Assembly: GCA_015680685.1 (NCBI GenBank)
Contig: MNCI01002733.1
Span: forward strand, 1 to 64,000
DNA length: 64,000 nucleotides
Direction of reading: 5' to 3'
Source of the DNA: Gnetum montanum
Taxonomy: Eukaryota; Plantae; Gnetophyta
Shown here: piece by piece, positions 40,801 through 53,200 of the stretch
Position numbering within the stretch: position 1 is the stretch's first letter
Layout of the letters: every line of letters begins with the position of its first letter
Program-made: the position numbers and the translations under genes
Notes under the pieces: model-generated
What the model saw: the letters and a program-made list of their open reading frames with translations, nothing else
What the model was told of the DNA's origin: nothing
Database searches by the model: none

Positions 40801-41600
40801 CTCTAATGCTCTTTGGGGTCACCCACTAGCTGTGTGTTATTTTGGTAGCTGCACACTTCTTGTAAATAAGGTTAAATGTGTTAGTGTATTCATTAAAGCC
40901 TCCTCTTAACTATTCATATATAATAATTCTAATCTTGGAGCCTTTGGTAAACTCAATGTAGTTTGGGCCATCATCAAGATTTAATCATTCCTGATCAAGC
41001 CTTGATCATTAACCCTATACTTGCAAGATGTGTGTAAAATCGATAAGTTAGGAAAGGTGACCAAACTAGTAAAGCCAAGACATTAAAAACTTGTAATAAC
41101 TATGCTTACCCTTGTAGGAAATACATGTTGCCTAGAGGATTCTAGAACAAGTTGTGAACTATATGCACCATAATCAAAGTATTATCAACATTGTACTAAG
41201 AATACTCTAGCATCCTCTAGATGTCCAAAAGATAACATGTACCAACTGTGTCCTTAGTCTTCATTGACTATTCTGTTGCCTAGGTTTCTAGATCATCAGT
41301 TATGAACCTAGTGATAAGTCTCATAAACCTAGGTTGCAAGGTCTCCACTATAAGCCTAGCCATATCTACAAATAAGTATGACCATAGTATCACACTAAAG
41401 TCCTATAAGATGTAGGTAAGGAATTCCTTTGCCTCTGGTCAAAACCATAGTGAGGCCCTCTCTAGGACCATGTCAAGCAAAGGGGTGTTTGCCTTAGTTT
41501 GGCTTATGTAACATAGGATGCTAACTAGCTCAACCATGATGAATACGGGTTTTAGAAAGGCCCTTCATGGGAAAACAAGAACACCATTAAGATGATGTCT
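37830..41600 (-). pseudogene. Multi-exon cargo gene copy A: NIF/FCP1-like HAD domain + PMD-like domain + charged tail
   Basis: Exon ~41561-41110 reads AFLKPVFIMVELVSIL...F*PEAKEFLTYIL*DFSVILWS...YNVDNTLIM...NPLGNMYFLQG|gtaagc. Further exons start at 41020 and span 40612-39570, with more to ~37830. Homologous to 57990-61170. Confidence 0.8.
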
Positions 41601-43499
41601 CCACACTTAGAATTTCTTAACAAATTTTACAAAACATCTTAGTTGGGGGTGAAATTACCTTTCCTAAAAAAACTCTAAGGTTTTTGTTAAGATTTATTAA
41701 GAAATCCAACAACAACATTTTTACATCCCTCGTAGCCTTCACACATCATAGCCAAAACCATGCCTTAGTCAAAAACGACATTTTCAAAAATAGCTTTAAA
41801 ACCTCAAAAACCACCATAGGAAGATGCTTACTAAAAATAGTAAAAAATTTGTAGTTTTTTGGAAACTAAATTTAGAACATTGCCAACATGATAACACTAC
41901 CCATCTCCAAGGGCATCTTCAAGAACATGGGACATTGATAAGAAAAGTTTCTAAGCATGTCAACACTACCCATATCCAAGGGGTAAAGCTGATACAACCA
42001 TGACAAAGCCTAATTTACACAGTTGAGATGAAAGATTCAGAAAAAAATTCATTACAAATCTAATTTTAGTGATTCCATCATTAAAAGAATCCTAAAACCA
42101 TAAAATTTTTAGCCATAACTAGAGGAAGCCAAAACCACTAGACATTTTTGAACAAAATGTAGCCAAATTCACATAAACATAGTTGTTACCATAAACCTCC
42201 TTTGAGGTAGGATTAGGAAATTTTTTTTTAAAACTATGTTTAAACTCCAAACAAGGTAATTCCACCATTGTTTGAAAGCTTAAATTAAGCCCTACATATC
42301 TAGAGCCATAGAAAATTTAAAATCCTTTTCATTTCTCAAAAAAAAAATAAAATAAAATAAATAAATTCATAAGCTTTCATAAAATTTGAAAAATGGCACA
42401 AACCCTAACTACACAACCTAATCAAAACGATCATAACCTATCCATATCAACTCCAAAATGAATGAGATCATAGCCAATAGAAACCTTACACCTAACACTA
42501 AAGACTCATAACCTTATATTTTTACAACTCATAACCTTTTATTTGTAAACATTTGTACAAATAGGGTTGCTTTTATGACAAGAAACATTAAAAAACACAT
42601 AAAATTTACAAGACCTATTTTTTAACTCACATTTAAAAAATCCAAAAAATGAAACAACCTTAGGGAGGCATAAAGACCATGAAAATACCATGTAGTATTT
42701 AGTTGAAATAAAATTTTACTAGAATCTCTAACCTAGATCTAAGAAAAACATCTACATCATCAAATTGGCAAGAAAAGCACATGAGAATGATAAATTTAAT
42801 TTTAGAAACTAAATAAAATAAATCCTAGATGATTGAATGACCTTGGATCTATGTATAAATAGGTAAAATATGAGGTGGAATTTCCTTAGAATTTAATTTT
42901 ATCAACCTCCTTAGTGTAAGTCTAAGAGAAAATAGCCTCTCTCCTAGCTAGGAGAACATAAGAAAAAAATAACTAGGAAATTATAGAAAATGGATAAGAA
43001 TGACCTACCTTGGCATAAGTGAGGATGATGATTGGATTGAAACTAGCCTAAGTAGTTGGGAGATTCCATGTGCAGCTTCATCTACCTCTTGGATTCTTTT
43101 GCTTTTACTACTACCTCCATGTTTCTTCATGATTGCTTCACCAACATTGAAGAAGTTTGGAAATTTAAAGGGTTGAAGCCTTTACATTACCTAGGGAGGA
43201 AGATCTATGCACACATGCTAAGAATGAGAAGTATTTTGTAGCAAGAACCTTTGCTAGAGCCCTCCTCCAATGCACTATATGCTAGGATTGGAGTTGTGAT
43301 AAATTTTTGCAACACTTTAGCATTAAAATATGGATTAAAACATAGACACCTCCTCCCTTAACCCCATTGCCAATTTTGTGCACTGGAAATTAAGGTGCAC
43401 TAAAGTGCATAGGGGGGACTCTCTTCTCTCCATTGGAACTATGTTCAAATGTTTGAATTTTGGATAGTGGACCCCACCATATGTCCCCCATGCATGGTG

Positions 43500-46240
43500 T
43501 TGCAAGTTTGGAAACTCCATCAACGCTAGGGTTTTAACCTCTTAGAACATCTATAATTATGTTTAAGCCTTATCCCCATTGCATCTATGCTAGGTAGTGT
43601 GGATACGAGTATCCCTTACCTCACAATGCTCCCATACTAATCCCCTTGCCATTTTTAGTAGCAATGACCTATCCCATCAAGTGCCAAACTCTAAAAAGGA
43701 GTTAAATCTTAATGAAACCTACCACTTTGGGCATCCATGTTAGGGCAACACTGCCTAATGTGGACCAAATAGGGTAACATCCATACTTGCCCCCAGTGCC
43801 CATCAAGCCTAAATATGACCCCCAGAGTGGGCCCACATGATGTAGAACCCCTCTAGTTACCCCCTAACAACCCCAAAACCTCATCAAACCTAGTTGAAAC
43901 TGCTCAAAACTTTTGGATTTGGTGGATCCATGCTAGGGGATGCCTCATATATTTTTCCCAATGTGGATGGGTGGGGGATAATCAAAACTATCAAAATCGA
44001 CTGCCTAGTTATCATATTTTAATTTCAACACTCCTTGGTAGCCTCTGGTAATCTAGATTTGCTAAAAATAACTCAATTTTTCATACCTACATCTATCTCC
44101 ATGCTATTGAATCCCCCCTCCCTCACATCACTTTACATGGAGCTAGCATTGAGGCTTAGGGGATATGCCATAAAACCATTTTAGAAGTCTCAAATCATTA
44201 GAAAGTTCACTTTGATAGCCCTAGTGTCCCTCCATGACCTCCAATAGTTGATAGTTGCTAAAACTTAAGTAGATTTCCATCCCTGAAGCCTTCTCCACAC
44301 TAGTGAACCCTGCCTCCACATTGCCTAGCATGGAGCTAACATGGATGCCCTAGGAATATGCAATATAACCTACTCTATAGCTAGAAATAACCTAATAACC
44401 TACTCTAGTGACTTCTAGATCCAATTGGAGCTTGCCAAAGCCTTCATATGCCTCAAACCTAAACAAAATTAGTAGGAAAACCATCATTCCCCTCCCAGCC
44501 ATGCTAGGGTCACCTTGTCCAACATGGAGAAAAGGGGGAATGACTGCATGGACACTTAGGAGCCTTCAAACTAATTAATTTCAATGTCAAATTTTAACCC
44601 TTGATCCCTTGCAATCCTAACAACTTCAAAACCCTATTAAATCTTGTCAAAAGTGGTCCAAAACTTGAAGCCAAGTTGATCCATGTAGGGGGACATCCTA
44701 TCCATGCTAGCCAACATTAAGCCAATATGAATGGAAGGGGAGATAACCAAAGTTTCAAAAATTTGCCAAAAATTAACTTTTATTGATAACCTAGCCATAT
44801 TAGATGATCTAATAGCTAAAATATTTCAAAAAATGATCCTATATCATAATTTTTCTAGCTTCTATGCTGAGCCCCTACCTCCCTCTTCCACGCTAGCTAA
44901 CATGGATGCAACTAGGAAGGTTCATGGAGGATTATAAATACACTAAAATGATGTCAAATTACCCTGTACTTATCCTACAATGCTATCAACCCTTATAGAA
45001 GCCACTAGACCTTGTGAAATCAACCTAAATTAGGAAAAAACCCAATCCCCTAAGGTCCTTCACACTAATTTCATGCTGGCTAGTGTGGAACTAGTATGGA
45101 ACTAGGGGGTAACTGATAAAACAACCTAGGGACCCTACAAACTATCTAGTTTTGATCCTAAACCTTAGCCCTAAACACTGATGACCCTAGGACCTAATAT
45201 GCATGATTGATTGTGGTCAAAGTTGGCCTAGATTTAATATTTTTGTTCTATCCATGCTAGGCATCACCTCATCCATCTTGGGTAGTGTGAAGCTAATGTG
45301 GATGAGTTTCCTTTCCTTCTTCGATAGTAGATTAACATCCTAGGAGTCCAAAAACCTACACTGGCAAAGCCTAGAATCCCAAAGCCTTGAGATTGCACTC
45401 ATTTGACCTTGATTTAGTTACTAAAATCCATCAACTCCTCTCCTTCACACTGGAGCAACATTGCCTAGTATGGATCAAGGGGGTGTGATCATGCATGACC
45501 TTAAATATCCTCTAAACCTAGCCAAAATCAATCAAAAACTTGGAATATCATAGTATATAGCCTTATAAGTCTAGAAACTTGGTTAATGTGCACCTAAGAC
45601 CATCTTAAAGACAAAAAGCAAGGGCACCCCCTTTACTCCATGCTAGCTAGTGTGGATCTAGCATGGAGACTATCCCAAGCTTGTTTTAGCACTCAAAACC
45701 CTATCCAAATGGCCTCAAAACCTAGTTAGAAGGTACATAACTATAAGATCTTAATTTTAAATACCCATCCAATCCTATTTAATCCTATTTTGATCAAATT
45801 TGAATCCTCTATGTTGAGTCCCCTTCCATCCACACTGGCTTGTATGGAGACAAGTGGTGTAACTTTAAGACCTACTTTTTGACCATCTTCAGCCTTCAAA
45901 ATGATCAGTTTTGATAGATCTAGCCCTATGTTACCTTGGGAAGGCATTGGAATCTAGAAATTGATCCTTTGAATGTCATGTAACATACTTTCATTGGCCT
46001 CGACATTGGCCAATGTGGATTCAATATGGAAGACACTTTTAGGATTTAATGGGGGGTTCCAAGGGTTGAGCATGATGCTAAAACTAGTCCACTTCCTTTC
46101 CTAGTCAACTACGATGACATGCAAGAATTTGGGAATTGAAAATTATCCAAGATGAGCCTGAAAACCATCTAGATGTTTCATCCACACTAGGGATCACCCC
46201 ATCCATGTTGGCCAACATTGGTCTAGCATGGATAGCATGA
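43500..46240. repeat. Dispersed array of a decayed TCCACGCTGG / CCAGCGTGGA motif, often as inverted pairs
   Basis: Examples: TCCACATTGCCTAGCATGGAGCTAACATGGA ~44315, TCCACGCTAGCTAACATGGA ~44887, TCCATGCTAGCTAGTGTGGATCTAGCATGGA ~45637, TCCACACTGGCTTGTATGGA ~45829. Confidence 0.75.
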
Positions 46241-47149
46241 AAACCTTGCTGTTTTAGCCCAAACAGCCTCCAAATAGCCTTGGTTAATGCCTAAAATATT
46301 CTATAATCCTTTTAGCCTAAAATAATGGCCCACTAAGGTCTAAAAATAGCAAAATCTAGCCATTTTTTTATCATGTGTTGGCCAAGATTTATAATATGTA
46401 TTTTGCTTTATCTTATGTGACATTGTCTCATCATATTATGACCTATTTTGATCATTGTTGCATTGTTGTCCTTGTTTACCTTTAATACTACTTCTATTTC
46501 AATGTTTTTTCCTTTATTCTCTACATTATAGCATTGTATAACCTTTTTTAGCCTTTAATTGGTATTGAATGATGGGGTTTGGCCCTTCTTGGCCACCATT
46601 TGGAACCATGTGACAATGGCCCACTAAGGCCTAAAACTAGCATCATGGCCCACCAAGGCCTTAAACTAGCAAGCTTATGACCTTAGTTGACCTTGTTTTA
46701 CCTTATTATACTTGTTTAATGGCCTTTTTTTAGTCCTCATTTCATCTTATTTCTCTCTTTCCATCTCTTATAGCCTTATATGACCTTGTTCACCTTTTGT
46801 TTGCATTCTATATCATAGATTTGCATAATTTTACAACATTTTGATATTATTTACTCATCTTTACTTAGGTGCCACTTAATGTGCTTATGGTTGACATGTA
46901 ATATTGAAGTATGAATACCTAGGAGTAGATCAATTTTTATTTAAGCCTCAGTGGGCCTTACAGTGCTGTTGAATGGTGTATTGACCCTAATTACCTAGAT
47001 CTTGAGCTTAAAAGTCTTATCGACAACATAGACTCGATAGGAAAACCTCTAGAATGGCCTAAAAACCTAGTTAAAACCCTTGACCTAGAGGTTGATGACA
47101 TTACTAAAGACTCTCTCATTGAGGTTCTTGTCACAACACACAGTGGTGA

Positions 47150-48600
47150 GGAAAAAACCCTAAAACTAAATTCCTCATTGGAACCTTAATAGGCTCAAGA
47201 CATCACCAATGTTCTACAAGATAATATCAAGGCCTTCACTTCATCATATGAAGATATGCGAAGCCTACACCTATGCCTAGTATAAAACAACATCATACTT
47301 GATACTAGCTATAGACCAATTAAGCAAAAATTTCTCAAGATTAGACCTAATTTGGCCTTGGTAGTCTATAATAAAATCACAAAACTCTACAAAGCTAGTT
47401 TCATTAGGGCTATTGACTATGCAGAATGGGTATCCAACATAGTGGTAGTTCCTAAAAGAAATGGAAGTATCAACATTTGCATAAGTTTCTAAGATCTAAA
47501 TAAGGAAACCATCAAGCATAACTTTCCTTTGCATACTATTGATCAACTTATCAATACCATGATCAAGCATGCCTTGTTGTCCTTTATGGATGGGTTCTTA
47601 GGATATAACCAGTTTAGGATCAACCAAGAACATCAACTTAGCATGACCTTCATGATCCCTTTTAGTAACTTTTTCTATACCATGATGCCCTTTGGCCTTA
47701 AAAATGTAGGGGCAACCTAGCAACAAGCCATGATGTATATCTTTAGTGATTACATGCTAGGTTTTCTCGACAATTACATAGACGATATAGCTATTAAGTC
47801 TAAAGTGACCAATAACCATGCTAATGACCTTGATCTTGTATTTAAATGATGCCTCAAGTATGAGCTTAGGCTCAATCCTAAGAAGTGTATCTTTGATGTC
47901 AAGATTGATAAGATGCTTAGCTTTGTAGTATTTAAAGTAGGGATACGTGCCGATCATGATAAGGTTAGGACCATGTTCAACTTGGTAGCACCTACTAACC
48001 TTAAGAAGCTTTAGGGACTACAAGGCATATTACAATTTATTTGTAGGTTTATCACTAGGCTTATGGATAAATTACAATCCATGCAACATTTGCTTAAGAA
48101 AGGAGTTTACGATGAGTGGAAAACTCAATGTCAAGAAATCTCTAAAAACCTTAAGCAAGAGTTGGCACAACTACTGATAGTCTATCCTCCACAAGAAGGT
48201 AAGCCTTTTTACATATACCTTGATATCTCTAACACATCCATTGCCTCTCTACTTTGTCAAAAATGTGATGATGGAGTATAGATGCCAATGTACTACCTGA
48301 GCCATGTATTAGCTACCCATGAAACCCAATACACTAAAGTGGAGAAGCATTTTCTAGCACTAGTCTTCTCATTGAAGAAGTGGAGACACTACCTCTTTAG
48401 GAACCAAGTCAACATCATTTATAAAGGTAACATACTTATAGCCATAATAACCAATATTTATAAGAGTAGTAGTATAGCTGAATGGAAAGCCATAACCGTA
48501 GAGTTTGACCTTCATTACATCTCTCAATACTCAACGAAGAGTTAACCCATAGTAGTACAACTCACTATTTCACTTGTTGATGACTAAGCAACTATAGATC
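47150..48600 (+). pseudogene. Gypsy RT and RNase H remnant (Tat/Ogre type)
   Basis: YAEWVSNIVVVPKRNG, LSFMDGFLGYNQ, MPFGLKNVGAT, NYIDDIAIKS, PFYIYLDIS and YYLSHVL...YTKVEKHFLALVF. Confidence 0.95.
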
Positions 48601-48659
48601 TTGAGTTTCCCGATCAACATGTCAACACTGTTAGCCAATTAAGTTACATACTACTTAGA

Positions 48660-49520
48660 TAACTTGGCCATTTCAATGATGGGGGTTGGATATCATTGGA
48701 TAGATAATGTCTAAGTCTTCTATGGGTCATAGATTCATCATCACCACAACCAAATACTTTACAAATTAGGTTGAAGCTATTCCCCTAAGAAAGACAACAT
48801 CTAAACAAGTTTGTGAATTTATACCAGATAACATTGTAGCTCGTTTTGACATTCCTATGATCATGGACATAGATAATGGACCATAATCTAGTAGTAAAGA
48901 AACAAAGGATTTTTGTCATCACTTGGAAATTAAGCACTCTTTCTTGTCATATTACCTTCAAGCCAATGATCAAGTAGAAGCAAGTAATAAGGCCATTACA
49001 AATTTTCTTGAGAAAATGCTAAGCAATAGTAAACATAAGTGGCATGGGTGAATTGTCCATGCACTTTAGGCTTATTGAACAACATATCATATCACAAAAA
49101 GTGTAATTCCTTATAGCTTGGTTTATGGTTCTGAAGTTCTTTTACCTCTTGAATTGTAGGTTCCATTACTCTGAGTAGTCCTATTCAATTTCATCAATGA
49201 TGAACATACTAAGAAGTTGTATATCATGGACTTGCACTCAGTGGAAGAGCAACGTGTACAAACACTTGCTCATATCAAGTAGTATTAAGAGAGGCAAAAG
49301 TGACAACACAACCATAACTTGACTAAGCATAAGATGAAGGAAGGTGACTTGGTCCTCGAGGCCATTTGTGAGCATGTGGAAAATTTCTTAGCTAACTAGG
49401 AAGGACCTTTCTTGGTCACCAAATCCTACAGCAATAGTGCATTCAAAATAGTAGACATGGATGAAAATGAGTTATCCAATTTAATCAGTCAATCTTATCT
49501 AAATCCTTACTACATATAGC
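48660..49520 (+). pseudogene. Gypsy integrase core and GPF region remnant
   Basis: KYFTN*VEAIPL, IVARFDIP..MDIDNGP, QANDQVEASNK, PYSLVYGSEVLLPLE and N*EGPFLV. Confidence 0.93.
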
Positions 49521-49539
49521 CAATAGCCAACAATGATGA

Positions 49540-49770
49540 CCTGTCAAGGCCTTCAACTGGTAAGATGGCCTACCATGACCTAAAACTAGTGAAACCATGG
49601 CTTGTTAGGGCCTTAAAGTAGCATCACAACCCGCTGAGGTCTTAAATGGATAATAATGCTTGCTAAGGCCTTAAAATGGTAGCATAGTCTACTAAGACTT
49701 CAAACTAGTAACACAGCCTGCTAAGGCCTTAAACTAGTATCATGACCCATCATGGCCTTAAACTGGTAAT
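49540..49770 (+). repeat. ~28-bp subrepeat array after the integrase
   Basis: Repeated CTAAGGCCTTAAACTAGTA units, same family as at 37350 and 46615. Confidence 0.85.
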
Positions 49771-50269
49771 AGTGATGACTTGGGTAGCTTGGTTCTATCT
49801 ATCATTCTCTTGTGTGGCTTGTATGCATTGTAATGTTATAACATGCTTTATTTGCTTGTTTTTCTTGTCCTCATGAAGTTATGCTTGTATGATGAAGCCT
49901 TAGACCCTTTGCAAAGGTGCAACTCATTGTGGCAGAAAATCACCATGTGACTCTAATGCGCAAGACTTGGTAAGTTCATCTTGCCAAGAGTGCTTGCCTC
50001 ATATCATTGCCCTCTTCTTTTCCAAGGTATGGAATGTCATCATTAGGGTACAAGGTTGGATTCAAGGAGTGGTTGACCTATGTTTGACACTCATTCACTA
50101 TGGTGGAATGAAATCCTTCCATTATGCTCCACCTTCAAGTCCATTGAGTATAAGATAGCTCATTCAATGGGAAAACCAAGTCCATTCAAATGTAACACAT
50201 CTTGTTTGATGGGAAAACCACCAAATCCATTGAGTGCAACATAGCTCACGTAGTGGGAAAATCAAGTGA

Positions 50270-53200
50270 AAACTTTCTTTGACCATGAAACACAAATTAA
50301 GGTTTCAACCTACAAACAAAATGGGAACCAAAGTTTGTACAGAAGCACATGCCCGAGAGATTTTCTTTCCCACATGGTGATTATAGATAACCCCACAACC
50401 AATTGTACTATCATAGGGAGACTTATTACTAACCTCAACATTGTCATCAACCATAGTCATGGGGGAGACCATCATCAAATTATCCCTATCCTTCCTATCC
50501 ACCGAAACTGCACAAATATTATGTTCAACACCTTATTTTTCCAACTAATTCTATGTCCTCTACTTCAAATCACCACTCTCACTCTCTTGATTATGATCAA
50601 CCCATGACATCCCTTGAGGGATCACCACCTCATGCCTCTTACCATCCATCCTACCCTTGATATTCTCATACTCCACCTCATCACATGCCATCGCCAACAA
50701 CACTGAAAGGTTTGACACCACACTATCCAAAAACAAGTGGTACTTGTGCTGTGAATATGCATAGAAATGTTGATACTAGTAGGTTCCCACCACAAGCTTG
50801 GAAACATCCTTTCTTTAGGTAAGGCCATAGGTAGGAGCAAAACACTCATGAATCGACCACATCGTCTAAACTAGCATAATGCCAATTTGGTGCAATGCCT
50901 TCCTTTTCATCACCATTTTCCTCTAATCCTACATAAGGGTCACCATCCATTGTTACACCAATTACAAACCTAAGTAATGAATCTACAAGCATGGGGAGAC
51001 CAACAAATCCATGCATACAATATCATGATCAAGGATGCAATCGTGGGCTAGACATCCATCATGTTACCACACCTCATAGCCTAACCCACCATACATTTAA
51101 TAGTTAAGTGTGTGACCAACAATTTTTCTACCTAGCCACTACAACATCAAAAGAAATCTAGTGGTTGAGGTAGGCATATAGCAAGGATAACAAAACATAC
51201 AATGAATTGACTCTAGAAGAGATGACCTATTTCAAGATAGGGACATATCACCTCTCCCCCACCAAGGGGCTCAATAGGATCTCCAAATATGTGGCTAGGG
51301 GAAGTGCCATACTAATGGGTAAATAAATGAACAATCTTCCTGAATTATATTGCATAGAAATTCAAATATGGTTTAAAGAGAAGAAGGTAAGGAAGCCAAC
51401 ACTTCCATTCCCTTGCCTAATGCAAAAATCCTAGGGTACATAAATGACATTCTCACGAAGGCTTAAAATACATTCCTCACTAAATTACTTAAACTAGTAG
51501 CATCAAGGAAAGACCTTGGTGAAGAATTAGAACTAAAGAAGGAAGAAAAATCGAAAAATGAAGTAGAATAGGAACTTGAATAGTGCCACAAAAAATAGGT
51601 TCCACCAACATTGACATAAGACTATAGGTTGGCATTGAGCCACTTACAGAAAATTACTAAAACACTTAGTTGGAAAGGTAGAGAAGAATCTAGCCTCTTC
51701 AGAGTCATTGACAACATCATGTAGTCCACTATTTCAACAGATCCAACAAGAGGATAGATCTTACTATAATCATGAGGAGAATCCTAGTGGTCATGTCAAA
51801 TCTATGGTAACTCTACATCCTTCTAGGTAATGCTTGAAATAAGTGAAGGTGCCATGGTAGTGGTCATGCAACATCAGGATGCAATGGGTGCAATAGAGGT
51901 GATAATAGATCATATTAAAGAGTCTTTCAATGTGCCTATTATCCCTTTAGTTAATTTGATGGGGACCAAAGATGTGTAGATGGCTGTTGGGACTTCAATG
52001 ACTCATGAAGCATGTTAGATGGACTACTCCAAATGGGACAAGTAATGATCACCTTATTTGACATCCTCAATGATGTCACTACAACATAGTCAGACCTCAT
52101 AGCCACCTAGGGAAAGATAGTCATGGTTGAGATTAGGGAAGAACATGTAGATGTTGAAGTGCAATGTTTGCAATAAGAGCTAACCACCCTAAGAGTTGAG
52201 AGATAGGACCTTATCCAATTTATTACACCTAACTAGCTAAATTCATTTAAAATAGAGTAGCTAAACAATTTAATTAAGGGGAATAAAGCTACCAAATTTG
52301 AAAAGGAGAAGGTGGTTTGGAATTCCTTTGCTATTGATGCATAGTCTTATGCTCACAAGAAGGCATTGACTATCATGCAAGAAGAAAATAAATAGCTTGC
52401 TATAGAGAACTCATAGTTGACAACTATTAAAAAATAAAAGAATGTTCTAGAAGAAAGTGTCTATTAGTTAGGAAAACAACTAATGGGGGTCAAACAAGAT
52501 ATTAGCAAATTGGCTAGAGAAAATATAATCCTCTCAATGCAAGAGGTCCACGCCATTCAACAAAAGTTTGCAATTGAAATGAGCTTGTGGCAGAATAAGG
52601 CAAGAAACATAAAAAGCTAAAAGAACACTTTCGGGACCAAGTAGGCATGTACAAGTAGATAAATGAAAAGGAAATCTAGATGGATAAAGCTCACATTAGG
52701 TTCATGTTAGCATAGAATCCTAATTGTCAGACAATTCTGGATAGTTATGCACTAGTCCATTAGGTAGAAGTGAAGAACAAAGGCCTATAGACCAATAATT
52801 TGAAAGAATACATGGCATTGCCTAATCTCAAATATTCCAAACTTTCCATGTTAATAGCAAGTTAGCTTGGAAGCGAGCTAGAGAAATAGGTAGTGCCCAC
52901 TTACGCATTATACAAAAAAGAGTTTGCAGACAAAAAAGCTATTTTGCAAAAACTTCATGTTTCAAACTAAGAAATTTAGGTGGTTAAAGTTCATTACCAT
53001 GGATAGAAGGATGTCACTTTACACTAGGCCAAGAGACTCATAGATTATCATGAGTTCAAAGAAAAGGCTAGGACATTTGAAGAGGAGCGTTGACAATTTG
53101 CAACTTGGAACGTGAAGGCCAACAAAATGTTTCTACAACTGCCCTATCCTTGGGATGTACCAACACCAACACACATTAATTCAATAGCATAGATGGTACA

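Larger units (their letters stand above)
31516..50265 (+). mobile_element. Tat/Ogre-like Ty3/gypsy element, decayed; 3' LTR not found
   Basis: Order on the plus strand: LTR, PBS, gag, protease, ~10-kb spacer, RT, RNase H, integrase, tandem repeats. Confidence 0.8.
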
